This document shows, one piece after another, positions 42,995-55,507 of a stretch of 64,000 nucleotides of DNA. Below the pieces are notes generated by a model. The model was given only the letters and a program-made list of their open reading frames with translations. It ran no database searches and was not told the DNA's origin. A program made the position numbers and the translations under genes. The DNA is taken from the NCBI RefSeq assembly GCF_013122565.1, contig NZ_CP053258.1; one strand, given 5' to 3'. Position 1 is the first letter of the stretch. Every line of letters begins with the position of its first letter. The stretch is from Escherichia coli. GTDB lineage: Bacteria; Pseudomonadota; Gammaproteobacteria; Enterobacterales; Enterobacteriaceae.

Positions 42995-43711
42995 TTACGC
43001 ATTACGTTGCAACAACATCGACTTGATATGACCGATGGCGCGCGTCGGGTTCAGCCCCTTCGGACATACACTGACGCAGTTCATGATGCTGTGACAGCGG
43101 AATACACTGAATGCATCGCTCAAACCGTCGAGGCGGCTGTCAGTCTCGGTATCACGGCTATCGATCAGGAAACGATATGCCGCTAACAAGCCTGCCGGGC
43201 CGATAAACTTATCGGGATTCCACCAGAAAGACGGACAAGAGGTTGAACAACATGCGCAGAGAATACATTCATACAGCCCGTCGAGTTTTTCGCGCTGCTC
43301 TGGCATCTGTAAATGCTCGCGAGCTGGCGGATTTTGTTCATTATTCAACAGGTAAGGCTTAATTTTCTCATATTGCGCATAGAATTGTCCCATGTCTACC
43401 ACCAAATCGCGGATCACCGGTAAACCTGGCAGAGGGCGAATCACAATCTTCTTGCCCGGCTGGTTGAGTGCCGAAATTGGGGTAATACAGGCCAGACCAT
43501 TCTTGCCGTTCATGTTCAGACCGTCGGAACCGCACACACCTTCACGACAGGAGCGACGGAACGACAGGCTGGGATCTTTCTCTTTCAGCTGGATAAGCGC
43601 ATCCAGCAGCATCATGTCACGACCTTCTTCCGCTTCCAGGGTGTAATCCTGCATACGCGGAGCATCATCAACATCCGGGTTATAGCGATAAATTGAAAAC
43701 TCGAGTCTCAT
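42995..43711 (-). CDS. sdhB: succinate dehydrogenase iron-sulfur subunit
   Basis: 238 aa with Cys clusters (CREGVCGSDG, CILCACCSTSCP, CHSIMNCVSVCP). Confidence 0.95.
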   Translation of the reverse strand: MRLEFSIYRYNPDVDDAPRMQDYTLEAEEGRDMMLLDALIQLKEKDPSLSFRRSCREGVCGSDGLNMNGKNGLACITPISALNQPGKKIVIRPLPGLPVIRDLVVDMGQFYAQYEKIKPYLLNNEQNPPAREHLQMPEQREKLDGLYECILCACCSTSCPSFWWNPDKFIGPAGLLAAYRFLIDSRDTETDSRLDGLSDAFSVFRCHSIMNCVSVCPKGLNPTRAIGHIKSMLLQRNA

Positions 43712-43726
43712 TTTCCTGTCTCCGCA

Positions 43727-45493
43727 TTAGTAAGTACGAATCTTCGGCGGGAATGCCGGACGCAGTTTCGGTTCCATGTTGACGCTTCGGCGCGTCATGG
43801 ATTCCGACTCTGGCAGATACAGGGAGTGGCACAGCCAGTTTTCATCATCACGATCCGGGAAGTCGAAGCGGCTATGCGCGCCACGGCTTTCGGTACGGAA
43901 GTTGGCAGAAACAGCCGTTGCATACGCCGTTTCCATCAGGTTATCCAGTTCCAGGCACTCAACGCGCTGGGTGTTGAACTCGCTGGAAGTGTCATCCAGA
44001 CGGGCATTTTTCAGACGCTCGCGGATAACTTTCAACTGCTCAAGCCCTTTCGCCATCGCATCACCTTCACGGAAGACCGAGAAGTTATGCTGCATACATT
44101 CTTGCAGCGCTTTACGAATCGCCACCGGATCTTCACCGTTACGATTATTGTTCCAGCGGTTCAGACGATCCAGAGATGCTTCAACATCAGACTCGCTGGC
44201 ATCGCGCAATGCGCCCTGCTCGGCGATAGACTCTTGCAGATGCAGACCCGCTGCGCGACCAAAGACCACCAGGTCCAGCAGCGAGTTGCCGCCCAGACGG
44301 TTAGCACCGTGTACCGATACGCAGGCAATTTCACCTACCGCGAACAGCCCCGGAACAACCACATCTTCGCCTTTCTCATTCACAGTCAGCGCCTGACCGG
44401 TAACTTTGGTCGGAATACCGCCCATCATGTAGTGACAGGTTGGGATAACCGGAATCGGCTCTTTCACCGGATCAACGTGAGCAAAGGTACGGGAAAGCTC
44501 CAGGATACCCGGCAGACGGGATTCGAGAACTTCTTTACCCAGGTGATCGAGTTTCAGTTTCGCGTGTGGCCCCCACGGACCATCACAGCCGCGACCTTCA
44601 CGGATTTCAATCATGATGGAACGCGCCACCACATCACGGCCCGCCAGGTCTTTGGCGTTCGGCGCATAACGCTCCATAAAGCGTTCGCCATGTTTGTTCA
44701 GCAGATAACCGCCTTCACCACGGCAACCTTCGGTGACCAGTACGCCCGCACCGGCAATGCCGGTCGGGTGGAATTGCCACATTTCCATATCCTGCACCGG
44801 TACGCCTGCGCGGATAGCCATGCCGACACCGTCACCGGTGTTAATGTGGGCGTTAGTGGTGGACTGATAAATACGCCCTGCCCCGCCAGTCGCCAGCACG
44901 GTAGCGCGGGCTTTGAAATAAACCACTTCACCGGTTTCGATGCACAGTGCGGTACAACCCACCACCGCGCCATCCTGGTTTTTCACCAGATCCAGCGCAT
45001 ACCACTCGGAGAAAATGGTGGTGTGGTTTTTCAGGTTCTGCTGATAAAGCGTGTGCAACAGTGCGTGACCGGTACGGTCAGCCGCTGCCGCAGTGCGTGC
45101 CGCCTGCTCGCCGCCGAAGTTTTTCGACTGACCGCCAAACGGACGTTGATAGATACGACCATCATCGAGACGCGAGAACGGCAGGCCCATGTGTTCCAGT
45201 TCCAGAATCGCTTCCGGCCCGGTTTTACACATATATTCAATCGCGTCCTGGTCACCGATATAGTCCGACCCTTTCACGGTGTCGTACATATGCCATTCCC
45301 AGTTATCTTCATGGGTATTACCCAGCGCAACGGTAATGCCGCCTTGCGCAGAAACGGTATGGGAACGGGTCGGGAAGACTTTAGAGAGCAGCGCACAGGT
45401 CTGGCCGCTCTGGGAAATTTGCAGCGCCGCGCGCATACCTGCGCCGCCGGCACCAATCACAACTGCATCAAATTCTCTGACTGGCAATTTCAT
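43727..45493 (-). CDS. sdhA: succinate dehydrogenase flavoprotein subunit
   Basis: ORF 43727..45505 trimmed to [24 protein letters not shown] (FAD-binding GxGxxG); start overlaps the sdhD stop by 1 nt. Confidence 0.95.
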   Translation of the reverse strand: MKLPVREFDAVVIGAGGAGMRAALQISQSGQTCALLSKVFPTRSHTVSAQGGITVALGNTHEDNWEWHMYDTVKGSDYIGDQDAIEYMCKTGPEAILELEHMGLPFSRLDDGRIYQRPFGGQSKNFGGEQAARTAAAADRTGHALLHTLYQQNLKNHTTIFSEWYALDLVKNQDGAVVGCTALCIETGEVVYFKARATVLATGGAGRIYQSTTNAHINTGDGVGMAIRAGVPVQDMEMWQFHPTGIAGAGVLVTEGCRGEGGYLLNKHGERFMERYAPNAKDLAGRDVVARSIMIEIREGRGCDGPWGPHAKLKLDHLGKEVLESRLPGILELSRTFAHVDPVKEPIPVIPTCHYMMGGIPTKVTGQALTVNEKGEDVVVPGLFAVGEIACVSVHGANRLGGNSLLDLVVFGRAAGLHLQESIAEQGALRDASESDVEASLDRLNRWNNNRNGEDPVAIRKALQECMQHNFSVFREGDAMAKGLEQLKVIRERLKNARLDDTSSEFNTQRVECLELDNLMETAYATAVSANFRTESRGAHSRFDFPDRDDENWLCHSLYLPESESMTRRSVNMEPKLRPAFPPKIRTY

Positions 45494-45840
45494 CACACAC
45501 CCCACACCACAACGAATCCATAAATCACGTAAACCACCAGTGCAACGACAATCACCAGTTGCAGCATCAGGCGCAAAGCCAGCGGTTTAACGTAGTCGGT
45601 CAACACCTGCCACATGCCGATCCAGGCATGGATCAAGATAGAAAACAGCGCCAGCAGGGTGAACACTTTGGTGAACGCAGAGGCGAAGAAACCGATCCAG
45701 ACTTCATATGTCAGTTCGCCACTGGTGGCGAAAAAACCGACCATATAAATGATGTAGAGCGTCAGGACGATAGCGGTAGCGCGAACGAGGATGAAATCAT
45801 GTACGCCATTGCGTCCTAATGCGGAGGCGTTGCTTACCAT
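45493..45840 (-). CDS. sdhD: succinate dehydrogenase membrane anchor subunit
   Basis: 115 aa hydrophobic ORF between sdhC and sdhA. Confidence 0.92.
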
Positions 45841-46223
45841 ACGAGGACTCCTGCGAGAAGTGAAAGCACGACAGTAATAACAAAGGAGATTTTGGCGGAG
45901 CGTTTACCCGCTTCGAATGTTTCTTCCAGATAGCCAAAATCCATCATCATGTGGCGAATACCTACGACGACGTGATACGCCAGAGCGGTAAGGATGCCCC
46001 ACATGATAAATTTGACGAAGAAGCTGCCCATAATCGCGGAAGCTTGCTCGAAACCTTCAGGGGAAGAGAGGCTGGTACCCAGAAGCCACAGCAGGATGCC
46101 CACAGCAACAAAGGTGATCACACCGGAAACGCGATGGAGAATGGACGCTATCGCCGTGATGGGGAACCGGATGGTCTGTAGGTCCAGATTAACAGGTCTT
46201 TGTTTTTTCACATTTCTTATCAT
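45834..46223 (-). CDS. sdhC: succinate dehydrogenase cytochrome b556 subunit
   Basis: ORF 45834..46238 trimmed to [34 protein letters not shown] (129 aa). Confidence 0.92.
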
Positions 46224-46931
46224 GAATAACGCCCACATGCTGTTCTTATTATTCCCTGGGGACTACGGGCACAGAGGTTAACTTTCTGTTACCTGGAGAC
46301 GTCGGGATTTCCTTCCTCCGGTCTGCTTGCGGGTCAGACAGCGTCCTTTCTATAACTGCGCGTCATGCAAAACACTGCTTCCAGATGCGAAAACGACACG
46401 TTACAACGCTGGGTGGCTCGGGATTGCAGGGTGTTCCGGAGACCTGGCGGCAGTATAGGCCGTTCACAAAATCATTACAATTAACCTACATATAGTTTGT
46501 CGGGTTTTATCCTGAACAGTGATCCAGGTCACGATAACAACATTTATTTAATTTTTAATCATCTAATTTGACAATCATTCAACAAAGTTGTTACAAACAT
46601 TACCAGGAAAAGCATATAATGCGTAAAAGTTATGAAGTCGGTATTTCACCTAAGATTAACTTATGTAACAGTGTGGAAGTATTGACCAATTCATTCGGGA
46701 CAGTTATTAGTGGTAGACAAGTTTAATAATTCGGATTGCTAAGTACTTGATTCGCCATTTATTCGTCATCAATGGATCCTTTACCTGCAAGCGCCCAGAG
46801 CTCTGTACCCAGGTTTTCCCCTCTTTCACAGAGCGGCGAGCCAAATAACAAACGGGTAAAGCCAGGTTGATGTGCGAAGGCAAATTTAAGTTCCGGCAGT
46901 CTTACGCAATAAGGCGCTAAGGAGACCTTAA
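46224..46931. promoter_or_regulatory. divergent sdhC / gltA promoter region
   Basis: About 700 bp non-coding between divergent sdhCDAB-sucABCD and gltA, AT-rich in its centre; individual sites not resolved. Confidence 0.5.
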
Positions 46932-48215
46932 ATGGCTGATACAAAAGCAAAACTCACCCTCAACGGGGACACAGCTGTTGAACTGGATGTGCTGAAAGGC
47001 ACGCTGGGTCAAGATGTTATTGATATCCGTACTCTCGGTTCAAAAGGTGTGTTCACCTTTGACCCAGGCTTCACTTCAACCGCATCCTGCGAATCTAAAA
47101 TTACTTTTATTGATGGTGATGAAGGTATTTTGCTGCACCGCGGTTTCCCGATCGATCAGCTGGCGACCGATTCTAACTACCTGGAAGTTTGTTACATCCT
47201 GCTGAATGGTGAAAAACCGACTCAGGAACAGTATGACGAATTTAAAACTACGGTGACCCGTCATACCATGATCCACGAGCAGATTACCCGTCTGTTCCAC
47301 GCTTTCCGTCGCGACTCACATCCAATGGCAGTCATGTGTGGTATTACCGGCGCGCTGGCGGCGTTCTATCACGACTCGCTGGATGTTAACAATCCTCGTC
47401 ATCGTGAAATTGCCGCGTTCCGCCTGCTGTCGAAAATGCCGACCATGGCAGCGATGTGTTACAAGTATTCCATTGGTCAGCCATTTGTTTATCCGCGCAA
47501 CGATCTCTCCTACGCCGGTAACTTCCTGAATATGATGTTCTCCACGCCGTGCGAACCGTATGAAGTTAATCCGATTCTGGAACGTGCTATGGACCGTATT
47601 CTGATCCTGCACGCTGACCATGAACAGAACGCCTCTACCTCCACCGTGCGTACTGCTGGCTCTTCGGGTGCGAACCCGTTTGCCTGTATCGCAGCAGGTA
47701 TTGCTTCACTGTGGGGACCTGCGCACGGTGGTGCTAACGAAGCGGCGCTGAAAATGCTGGAAGAAATCAGCTCCGTTAAACACATTCCGGAATTTGTTCG
47801 TCGTGCGAAAGACAAAAATGATTCTTTCCGCCTGATGGGCTTCGGTCACCGCGTGTACAAAAATTACGACCCGCGCGCCACCGTAATGCGTGAAACCTGC
47901 CATGAAGTGCTGAAAGAGCTGGGCACCAAAGATGACCTGCTGGAAGTGGCTATGGAGCTGGAAAACATCGCGCTGAACGACCCGTACTTTATCGAGAAGA
48001 AACTGTACCCGAACGTCGATTTCTACTCTGGTATCATCCTGAAAGCGATGGGTATTCCTTCTTCCATGTTCACCGTCATCTTCGCCATGGCCCGTACCGT
48101 TGGCTGGATCGCTCACTGGAGCGAAATGCACAGTGACGGCATGAAGATCGCCCGTCCGCGCCAGTTGTATACAGGATATGAAAAACGCGACTTTAAAAGC
48201 GATATCAAGCGTTAA
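46932..48215 (+). CDS. gltA: citrate synthase
   Basis: 427 aa, [36 protein letters not shown]; GGAGA RBS. Confidence 0.95.
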   Translation: MADTKAKLTLNGDTAVELDVLKGTLGQDVIDIRTLGSKGVFTFDPGFTSTASCESKITFIDGDEGILLHRGFPIDQLATDSNYLEVCYILLNGEKPTQEQYDEFKTTVTRHTMIHEQITRLFHAFRRDSHPMAVMCGITGALAAFYHDSLDVNNPRHREIAAFRLLSKMPTMAAMCYKYSIGQPFVYPRNDLSYAGNFLNMMFSTPCEPYEVNPILERAMDRILILHADHEQNASTSTVRTAGSSGANPFACIAAGIASLWGPAHGGANEAALKMLEEISSVKHIPEFVRRAKDKNDSFRLMGFGHRVYKNYDPRATVMRETCHEVLKELGTKDDLLEVAMELENIALNDPYFIEKKLYPNVDFYSGIILKAMGIPSSMFTVIFAMARTVGWIAHWSEMHSDGMKIARPRQLYTGYEKRDFKSDIKR

Positions 48216-48243
48216 TGGTTGATTGCTAAGTTGTAAATATTTT

Positions 48244-48275
48244 AACCCGCTGTTCATATGGCGGGTTAATTTTTA
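48244..48275 (+). terminator. rho-independent terminator after gltA
   Basis: aacccgc-tgttcatatg-gcgggtt stem-loop followed by aatttttat. Confidence 0.7.
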
Positions 48276-48606
48276 TATGCCTAAATACAAATATTTGTAA
48301 AAATAAAATCCACTATCGGATATCCATATATTTTTAATAAAAATATATCGGTATGAATTATAAACAGTTCAGTGAACTTTAATCACCTATATTCCTGTCA
48401 GTCACATGAATAAATCACCAAACATAGCGCACCCCTATAATTTCCAATGGTTTATTCATTAAACAATTAATTCACGACATCAATTAATTACTTTTACATT
48501 TAATAAAATTAATAATATTTTTAAGAAAAACTAAAAACATTCGACAATCAAATAAGATATTCTTGCACCGATATACCTTTTTTCTTTTCTGTTAAAGGAC
48601 TCTGTT

Positions 48607-49173
48607 ATGTTTAAAGGACAAAAAACATTGGCCGCACTGGCCGTATCTCTGCTGTTCACTGCACCTGTTTATGCAGCTGATGAAGGATCCGGTGAAATTC
48701 ACTTTAAAGGTGAGGTTATTGAAGCGCCTTGTGAAATACATCAGGATGATATTGATAAAGAAGTTGAACTCGGTCAGGTGACCACCAGCCACATTAATCA
48801 AACTCATCACAGCGATGCCGTTGCTGTCGACCTGCGCTTGGTGAATTGCGATTTGGAAAACTCCAACAACGGTTCCGGTGACAAGATTTCTAAAGTTGCA
48901 GTCACCTTTGATAGCTCAGCGAAAACCACCGGCGCAGATCCGATTCTCAACAACACCAGCACGGGTGAAGCCACCGGCGTCGGCGTGCGTTTATTGAATA
49001 AAAATCAAACCAATATCGTTTTAGGCACCGCTGCTCCAGACATCGACCTGGCTCCGACCTCCAGCGAGCAAACGCTGAATTTCTTTGCCTGGATGGAACA
49101 AATTGATCAGGCAACACCAGTAACGCCAGGTGCAGTTACGGCGAATGCAACCTACGTGCTGGATTATAAATAA
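48607..49173 (+). CDS. ybgD: fimbrial major subunit-like protein
   Basis: 188 aa with signal peptide and paired Cys typical of chaperone-usher pilins; first gene of a four-gene fimbrial operon after an AT-rich leader. Confidence 0.85.
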   Translation: MFKGQKTLAALAVSLLFTAPVYAADEGSGEIHFKGEVIEAPCEIHQDDIDKEVELGQVTTSHINQTHHSDAVAVDLRLVNCDLENSNNGSGDKISKVAVTFDSSAKTTGADPILNNTSTGEATGVGVRLLNKNQTNIVLGTAAPDIDLAPTSSEQTLNFFAWMEQIDQATPVTPGAVTANATYVLDYK

Positions 49174-49223
49174 GTATTACTTTGGCGGCGCTATCGCCGC
49201 CTTTCTTCAAATATTTATCAGGT

Positions 49224-51683
49224 ATGGACACCGTGAATATTTATCGACTCTCTTTTGTATCCTGCCTGGTCATGGCGATGCCTTCCGCATTAGCGGTCGA
49301 ATTCAACCTGAATGTCCTCGATAAATCGATGCGCGATCGTATTGATATATCATTATTAAAGGAAAAAGGTGTCATTGCTCCAGGCGAATATTTTGTTAGC
49401 GTTGCGGTAAATAATAACCAAATCAGTAACGGGCAAAAGATTAACTGGCAAAAAAATGACGATAAAACCATTCCGTGCATCAATGATTTACTGGTCGATA
49501 AATTTGGCTTAAAACCTGAAGTCCGTCAGTCGTTACCATTGATAAATCAGTGCATCGATTTTAGCTCCCGACCTGAAATGCTCTTCAATTTTGATCAGGC
49601 CAGTCAGCAACTGAATATCACCATTCCGCAGGCCTGGCTGGCGTGGCACTCAGATAACTGGACCCCACCCTCCACATGGAAAGAAGGTGTCGCCGGTGTC
49701 CTGATGGATTACAACTTGTTTGCTAGCAGCTACCGCCCACAGAATGGCAGCAGCAGCACTAATCTTAACGCCTACGGAACAGCAGGAATCAACACGGGGG
49801 CATGGCGCTTACGCAGTGATTACCAGTTGAATCAGACGGATAGCGATGATGACCATGAACAGTCAGGCGAAATATCACGTACCTATCTTTTTCGCCCGTT
49901 ACCGCAATTAGGTTCAAAATTAACCCTCGGCGAAACGGATTTTAGTTCCAATATTTTCGACGGTTTTTCTTATACCGGTGCGGCACTGGCGAGTGACGAT
50001 CGAATGTTGCCATGGGAACTACGCGGCTACGCTCCACAAATTAGCGGTATTGCACAGACCAATGCCACGGTGACGATCAGTCAATCAGGCCGCGTCATTT
50101 ACCAGAAAAAAGTCACACCAGGTCCGTTTATCATTGATGACCTTAATCAGTCCGTCCAGGGAACGCTGGATGTCAAAGTAACGGAAGAAGATGGTCGGGT
50201 GAACAATTTCCAGGTTTCGGCAGCATCGACGCCCTTCCTGACTCGCCAGGGACAGGTTCGCTATAAACTGGCCGCGGGTCAGCCACGGCCTTCCATGTCA
50301 CATCAAACTGAAAATGAAACCTTTTTTAGCAATGAAGTTTCCTGGGGGATGCTCTCCAACACCTCGCTGTACGGCGGCCTGCTGATTTCGGGTGATGACT
50401 ACCATTCTGCCGCAATGGGTATCGGGCAAAATATGCTGTGGCTTGGCGCGCTGTCGTTTGATGTCACCTGGGCCAGTAGCCATTTTGATACTCAGCAGGA
50501 CGAGCGGGGCTTAAGCTACCGATTTAACTACAGCAAACAAGTGGATACCACCAACAGCACGATTTCACTTGCCGCTTATCGTTTCTCCGATCGTCATTTT
50601 CACAGCTACGCCAACTATCTGGATCACAAATACAACGACAGCGATGCGCAGGACGAAAAACAGACAATCAGCTTATCCGTAGGCCAACCGATTACCCCAC
50701 TAAACCTCAATCTTTACGCCAACCTGTTGCATCAAACCTGGTGGAATGCAGACGCCTCCACGACCGCCAACATCACGGCAGGTTTTAATGTTGATATTGG
50801 TGACTGGAGAGATATCTCGATTTCGACGTCATTCAATACAACCCATTACGAAGATAAAGATCGCGATAACCAGATTTACCTGTCGATTTCGCTCCCCTTC
50901 GGTAACGGTGGCCGGGTTGGCTATGACATGCAAAACAGTAGCCACAGCACCACACACCGCATGTCGTGGAACGATACGCTGGATGAACGTAATAGCTGGG
51001 GCATGTCTGCCGGACTGCAATCCGACCGTCCGGACAGTGGAGCCCAGGTGAGCGGTAACTATCAGCACCTGAGTTCAGCGGGTGAGTGGGATATTTCTGG
51101 TACCTATGCCGCCAATGATTACAGTTCTGTAAGCAGCAGCTGGAGCGGTTCTTTCACCGCAACCCAATATGGTGCAGCGTTTCATCGCCGCAGCTCCACC
51201 AATGAACCACGCCTGATGGTCAGCACCGATGGCGTGGCAGATATTCCGGTTCAGGGCAATCTCGACTACACCAACCATTTTGGCATTGCGGTGGTGCCGT
51301 TGATTTCCAGTTACCAGCCTTCCACCGTGGCGGTGAACATGAATGACTTACCCGACGGCGTAACAGTTGCAGAAAACGTTATCAAAGAAACGTGGATTGA
51401 AGGCGCAATAGGTTACAAATCACTGGCTTCCCGTTCCGGTAAAGACGTTAACGTCATCATTCGCAACGCCAGCGGTCAGTTCCCTCCCCTCGGTGCGGAT
51501 ATCCGCCAGGATGACAGCGGCATTAGCGTGGGGATGGTTGGCGAGGAAGGACACGCCTGGTTAAGCGGAGTCGCTGAAAATCAAAAGTTTACCGTGGTCT
51601 GGGGTGATAGTCAGCGTTGCTCGATCCATCTTCCTGAACATATGGAAGACACCGCAAATCGCCTGATTTTACCTTGTCATTAA
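49224..51683 (+). CDS. ybgQ: fimbrial outer-membrane usher
   Basis: ORF 49182..51683; start placed at the ATG at 49224 giving a signal peptide (MDTVNIYRLSFVSCLVMAMPSALA); about 819 aa. Start is uncertain. Confidence 0.85.
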   Translation: MDTVNIYRLSFVSCLVMAMPSALAVEFNLNVLDKSMRDRIDISLLKEKGVIAPGEYFVSVAVNNNQISNGQKINWQKNDDKTIPCINDLLVDKFGLKPEVRQSLPLINQCIDFSSRPEMLFNFDQASQQLNITIPQAWLAWHSDNWTPPSTWKEGVAGVLMDYNLFASSYRPQNGSSSTNLNAYGTAGINTGAWRLRSDYQLNQTDSDDDHEQSGEISRTYLFRPLPQLGSKLTLGETDFSSNIFDGFSYTGAALASDDRMLPWELRGYAPQISGIAQTNATVTISQSGRVIYQKKVTPGPFIIDDLNQSVQGTLDVKVTEEDGRVNNFQVSAASTPFLTRQGQVRYKLAAGQPRPSMSHQTENETFFSNEVSWGMLSNTSLYGGLLISGDDYHSAAMGIGQNMLWLGALSFDVTWASSHFDTQQDERGLSYRFNYSKQVDTTNSTISLAAYRFSDRHFHSYANYLDHKYNDSDAQDEKQTISLSVGQPITPLNLNLYANLLHQTWWNADASTTANITAGFNVDIGDWRDISISTSFNTTHYEDKDRDNQIYLSISLPFGNGGRVGYDMQNSSHSTTHRMSWNDTLDERNSWGMSAGLQSDRPDSGAQVSGNYQHLSSAGEWDISGTYAANDYSSVSSSWSGSFTATQYGAAFHRRSSTNEPRLMVSTDGVADIPVQGNLDYTNHFGIAVVPLISSYQPSTVAVNMNDLPDGVTVAENVIKETWIEGAIGYKSLASRSGKDVNVIIRNASGQFPPLGADIRQDDSGISVGMVGEEGHAWLSGVAENQKFTVVWGDSQRCSIHLPEHMEDTANRLILPCH

Positions 51684-51697
51684 TTAAGGAAATGAAA

Positions 51698-52429
51698 ATG
51701 ACATTTATGAAAGGACTTCCCCTTTTGTTGTTGGTAGCCAGTCTGTGCAGCCACGCAGCACTACAACCCGATCGTACTCGTATTGTGTTTAACGCTAATG
51801 ATAAAGCTACCAGTCTGCGAGTAGATAATCGTAGCGATAAACTCCCCTACCTCGCTTATTCCTGGCTCGAAAATGAAAAAGGGGAGAAAAGCGACGATCT
51901 TCTGGTCGCCCTGCCACCGATACAACGTCTGGAACCGAAAGCAACAACGCAGGTGCGGATAGTCAAGCAAGCCTCGACCGCGAAATTACCGGGCGATCGC
52001 GAAACGCTATTTTTCTACAATATACGTGAAATTCCTCCCGCCCCGGAAAAAAACAGCGACCATGCCGTTCTGCAGGTCGCCATCCAGAGCCGTATCAAGG
52101 TGTTCTGGCGACCGTCTGCGTTACGCAAGAAAGCAGGGGAAAAGGTCGAACTGCAGTTACAGGTCAGCCAGAATGGCAACCAACTTAGCTTAAAAAACCC
52201 GACCGGCTATTATCTGACAATCGCCTACCTGGGACGAAATGAGCAAGGCGTTCTCCCCGGCTTCAAAACCGTGATAGTTGCACCTTTTAGTACGGTCAGC
52301 ACTAATACCGGAAGCTATAGCGGCAGCCAGTTTTATCTCGGTTATATGGATGATTACGGCGCGTTACGCATGACGACGCTCAATTGTAGCGGACAATGCC
52401 GTTTACAAGCCGTGGAGGCGAAGAAATGA
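51698..52429 (+). CDS. ybgP: fimbrial periplasmic chaperone
   Basis: ORF 51674..52429 (TTG) trimmed to [20 protein letters not shown]; PapD-like chaperone of 243 aa. Confidence 0.85.
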   Translation: MTFMKGLPLLLLVASLCSHAALQPDRTRIVFNANDKATSLRVDNRSDKLPYLAYSWLENEKGEKSDDLLVALPPIQRLEPKATTQVRIVKQASTAKLPGDRETLFFYNIREIPPAPEKNSDHAVLQVAIQSRIKVFWRPSALRKKAGEKVELQLQVSQNGNQLSLKNPTGYYLTIAYLGRNEQGVLPGFKTVIVAPFSTVSTNTGSYSGSQFYLGYMDDYGALRMTTLNCSGQCRLQAVEAKK

Positions 52430-53487
52430 GTGCTGGTAAGGGATTATTGCTCATCTTTTTTCTTCTTTTTCTACCCTTGAAGTCTGCGCTGGCGCTGAAC
52501 TGCTATTTTGGTACTTCCGGCGGGGCGGTAGAAAAATCGGAAGCTATTCAACCATTTGCTGTACCAGGCAATGCCAAACCAGGCGATAAAATCTGGGAGT
52601 CTGACGATATTAAAATTCCCGTTTATTGTGACAACAATACCAACGGCAACTTTGAAAGCGAGCATGTCTACGCCTGGGTAAACCCGTATCCGGGGGTGCA
52701 GGATCCTTATTATCAACTCGGCGTGACATACAATGGTGTCGATTACGATGCCAGCCTGGGGAAAAGCCGTATCGACACTAACCAGTGTATCGACAGTAAA
52801 AACATTGATATTTATACCCCTGAGCAGATCATCGCGATGGGATGGCAGAACAAAATTTGCTCGGGCGATCCCGCTAATATTCATATGTCGCGTACCTTTC
52901 TCGCTCGCATGCGGTTATACGTCAAAATTCGCGAAATGCCACCGCATGATTATCAAAGCACGCTTAGCGATTACATCGTGGTGCAATTTGATGGCGAAGG
53001 CAGTGTTAATGAGGACCCTACCGCTCAAAACCTGAAATATCATATTACCGGTCTGGAAAACATTCGCGTGCTGGACTGCAGCGTCAATTTTGCCATTACG
53101 CCTGCCAACCAGGTGATTGATTTTGGTAAATTTAACTTGCTGGATATTCGGCGACATAACATGACTAAAACGTTCAGTATTAAAACGACCAAGAGCCAAA
53201 ACGATCAATGTACCGACGGATTTAAAGTCAGTTCCTCCTTTTATACCGAAGAAACATTGATTGAAGAAGATAAAGCATTGTTGATTGGTAATGGTCTGAA
53301 GCTACGTTTACTGGATGAAAACGCCTCGCCTTATACATTCAATAAATATGCTGAATACGCCGATTTCACCAGTGACATGTTGATCTACGAAAAAACCTAT
53401 ACAGCTGAACTTTCGTCCATTCCAGGCACCCCCATCGAGGCTGGGCCCTTCGATACAGTGGTGCTTTTTAAGATTAACTATAACTGA
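52426..53487 (+). CDS. ybgO: fimbrial adhesin-like protein
   Basis: ORF 52396..53487 trimmed to [23 protein letters not shown]; start overlaps the ybgP stop (ATGA). Confidence 0.8.
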   Translation: MSAGKGLLLIFFLLFLPLKSALALNCYFGTSGGAVEKSEAIQPFAVPGNAKPGDKIWESDDIKIPVYCDNNTNGNFESEHVYAWVNPYPGVQDPYYQLGVTYNGVDYDASLGKSRIDTNQCIDSKNIDIYTPEQIIAMGWQNKICSGDPANIHMSRTFLARMRLYVKIREMPPHDYQSTLSDYIVVQFDGEGSVNEDPTAQNLKYHITGLENIRVLDCSVNFAITPANQVIDFGKFNLLDIRRHNMTKTFSIKTTKSQNDQCTDGFKVSSSFYTEETLIEEDKALLIGNGLKLRLLDENASPYTFNKYAEYADFTSDMLIYEKTYTAELSSIPGTPIEAGPFDTVVLFKINYN

Positions 53488-53638
53488 TTTACCATCATGC
53501 CCTTTGCAGCCGAAAAGGGCATCTCATTCAGAAAATTGCTGATTTTCCCCTTTTCCTTGATTGCTGTTATTTTTTCCTGGCCCGGCTTTCTTTATGCTGT
53601 ATCGATACACCAAAGAGAAAATAATGAGGGAGCAAAGG

Positions 53639-54685
53639 ATGCCAGTTTTGCAGTGGGGAATGTTATGTGTGTTATCACTTCTCCTTTCTATTGGTTTCCT
53701 CGCGGTACATCTCCCGGCGGCGCTATTACTTGGGCCGATGATCGCCGGGATCATCTTTAGTATGCGCGGAATTACTCTGCAACTTCCCCGCTCCGCTTTT
53801 CTCGCCGCCCAGGCCATTCTTGGCTGCATGATTGCGCAAAACCTCACTGGTTCGATCCTGACCACGCTGGCGGTGAACTGGCCGATTGTGTTAGCTATTT
53901 TACTGGTGACGCTGCTTTCCAGCGCCATTGTTGGGTGGCTACTGGTGCGCTATAGCTCATTACCTGGAAATACCGGTGCCTGGGGTTCTTCTCCTGGCGG
54001 CGCGGCGGCAATGGTCGCTATGGCGCAAGATTACGGCGCAGATATTCGCCTGGTGGCGTTTATGCAATATCTGCGAGTGCTGTTCGTCGCAGGGGCCGCT
54101 GTTCTGGTCACACGCATGATGCTGGGCGATAACGCTGAAGCGGTTAACCAGCAGATCGTCTGGTTTCCGCCAGTGAGCATTAATCTCCTGCTTACGATTT
54201 TGCTCGCGGTCGTTGCCGGTACAGTGGGATGCCTGCTGCGTCTTCCTTCCGGCACGATGCTCATCCCGATGCTGGCGGGCGCAGTGCTCCAGTCTGGTCA
54301 GCTCATCACCATCGAACTACCGGAATGGCTGCTGGCGATGGCGTATATGGCAATTGGCTGGCGAATTGGTCTGGGCTTCGATAAACAAATCTTATTGCGG
54401 GCATTGCGACCGCTGCCGCAAATCTTGATGTCGATTTTTGCTCTGCTGGCTATTTGTGCGGGTATGGCGTGGGGGCTGACCCGGTTTATGCACATTGATT
54501 TTATGACTGCCTACCTCGCCACCAGCCCCGGCGGGCTTGATACCGTGGCGGTCATCGCCGCAGGGAGCAATGCCGATATGGCGCTCATTATGGCGATGCA
54601 AACCCTGCGCCTGTTCAGTATTTTGCTGACAGGGCCTGCCATTGCGCGGTTTATTTCAACCTATGCGCCGAAACGTACGGCTTAG
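53639..54685 (+). CDS. abrB: AbrB-family membrane protein (putative transporter/regulator)
   Basis: ORF 53561..54685 trimmed to [23 protein letters not shown] after a GGGAG RBS; 348 aa polytopic protein. Confidence 0.85.
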   Translation: MPVLQWGMLCVLSLLLSIGFLAVHLPAALLLGPMIAGIIFSMRGITLQLPRSAFLAAQAILGCMIAQNLTGSILTTLAVNWPIVLAILLVTLLSSAIVGWLLVRYSSLPGNTGAWGSSPGGAAAMVAMAQDYGADIRLVAFMQYLRVLFVAGAAVLVTRMMLGDNAEAVNQQIVWFPPVSINLLLTILLAVVAGTVGCLLRLPSGTMLIPMLAGAVLQSGQLITIELPEWLLAMAYMAIGWRIGLGFDKQILLRALRPLPQILMSIFALLAICAGMAWGLTRFMHIDFMTAYLATSPGGLDTVAVIAAGSNADMALIMAMQTLRLFSILLTGPAIARFISTYAPKRTA

Positions 54686-55473
54686 TGCTGGCAGCCAGGA
54701 CACCAGTAAAACGGGCGCGATGACAACGTGGTTTTCTCAATGATGTCGCCACAGCGTTCGCACGGTTCGCCATCACGATGAAAAACCTTAAAGCGAAACA
54801 GCGCCCCATGATGCTTATTCTCATCCACCTGCCCCCGCGTAGCGTAAGAAAGTCGAGGAATATCCAGTAACGCGTGTGCGAGTGCATCCAGTTGCGCCGC
54901 CTTGAGATCTTTCGCTTTATGATTCCCAGTCAACCCAACCTGCCAGAGGATCTCCACCCGCAGATAATTGCCAAGCCCAGCGAGAAACGCCTGATCGAGC
55001 AGTAATCCAGCAAACTGACGGTTACGAAAGCGCGGCGACAATAACCGTTCTTTCACCACCTCCGGCGTCAGATTCGGATCCAGCACATCGGGACCAACGC
55101 GTTGTAAAAACGGATGCGTGGTCAGTTGTTCCGGGGTCAACATCTCAATATCCGAGGCGCTATAAAGCAGAATGGTTTTGTCGGCAGTTTGCAGCTTCAC
55201 CCGCAGCACGCGCGTGGTTTGCGGCTCTTCACCGGTATCAACCACCCGCCACACGCCGTACAGCTGGTTATGGCTGTAGAGCGTTAAGCCATCGGAAAAA
55301 TGGGTCAGCAACGCTTTTCCGCGTGTTTCCATATGAGTGACGTGTTGACCGATAAGTTGTGACTGATACGGTTGTAACTGCGGGAAGGCAAACCAGACAT
55401 CAGTTAGTGGTTTGCCTTTAATCGCCACCTCCAGGTTATCCGCTGCGCGGCGGATCTCCGGACCTTCAGGCAT
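54682..55473 (-). CDS. nei: endonuclease VIII (DNA glycosylase/AP lyase)
   Basis: 263 aa, [18 protein letters not shown] (Fpg/Nei N-terminal PEGPE) with a C-terminal zinc finger (CERCG...CPGCQ). Confidence 0.93.
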   Translation of the reverse strand: MPEGPEIRRAADNLEVAIKGKPLTDVWFAFPQLQPYQSQLIGQHVTHMETRGKALLTHFSDGLTLYSHNQLYGVWRVVDTGEEPQTTRVLRVKLQTADKTILLYSASDIEMLTPEQLTTHPFLQRVGPDVLDPNLTPEVVKERLLSPRFRNRQFAGLLLDQAFLAGLGNYLRVEILWQVGLTGNHKAKDLKAAQLDALAHALLDIPRLSYATRGQVDENKHHGALFRFKVFHRDGEPCERCGDIIEKTTLSSRPFYWCPGCQH

Positions 55474-55507
55474 GGTGATATCCTTTTTTCGTTTTTATTC
55501 AGCGGGA

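Noticed and set aside
43826-45523. 565-aa ORF on the + strand (with the overlapping 206-aa ORF at 43776..44396)
   Set aside because: Antisense to sdhA; Arg-rich low-complexity translation typical of reverse-strand frames of a highly expressed gene.
48216-48606. Very AT-rich 390-bp region upstream of ybgD that might hide a small gene
   Set aside because: No convincing start/RBS/ORF seen; more simply the silenced promoter region of a cryptic fimbrial operon.
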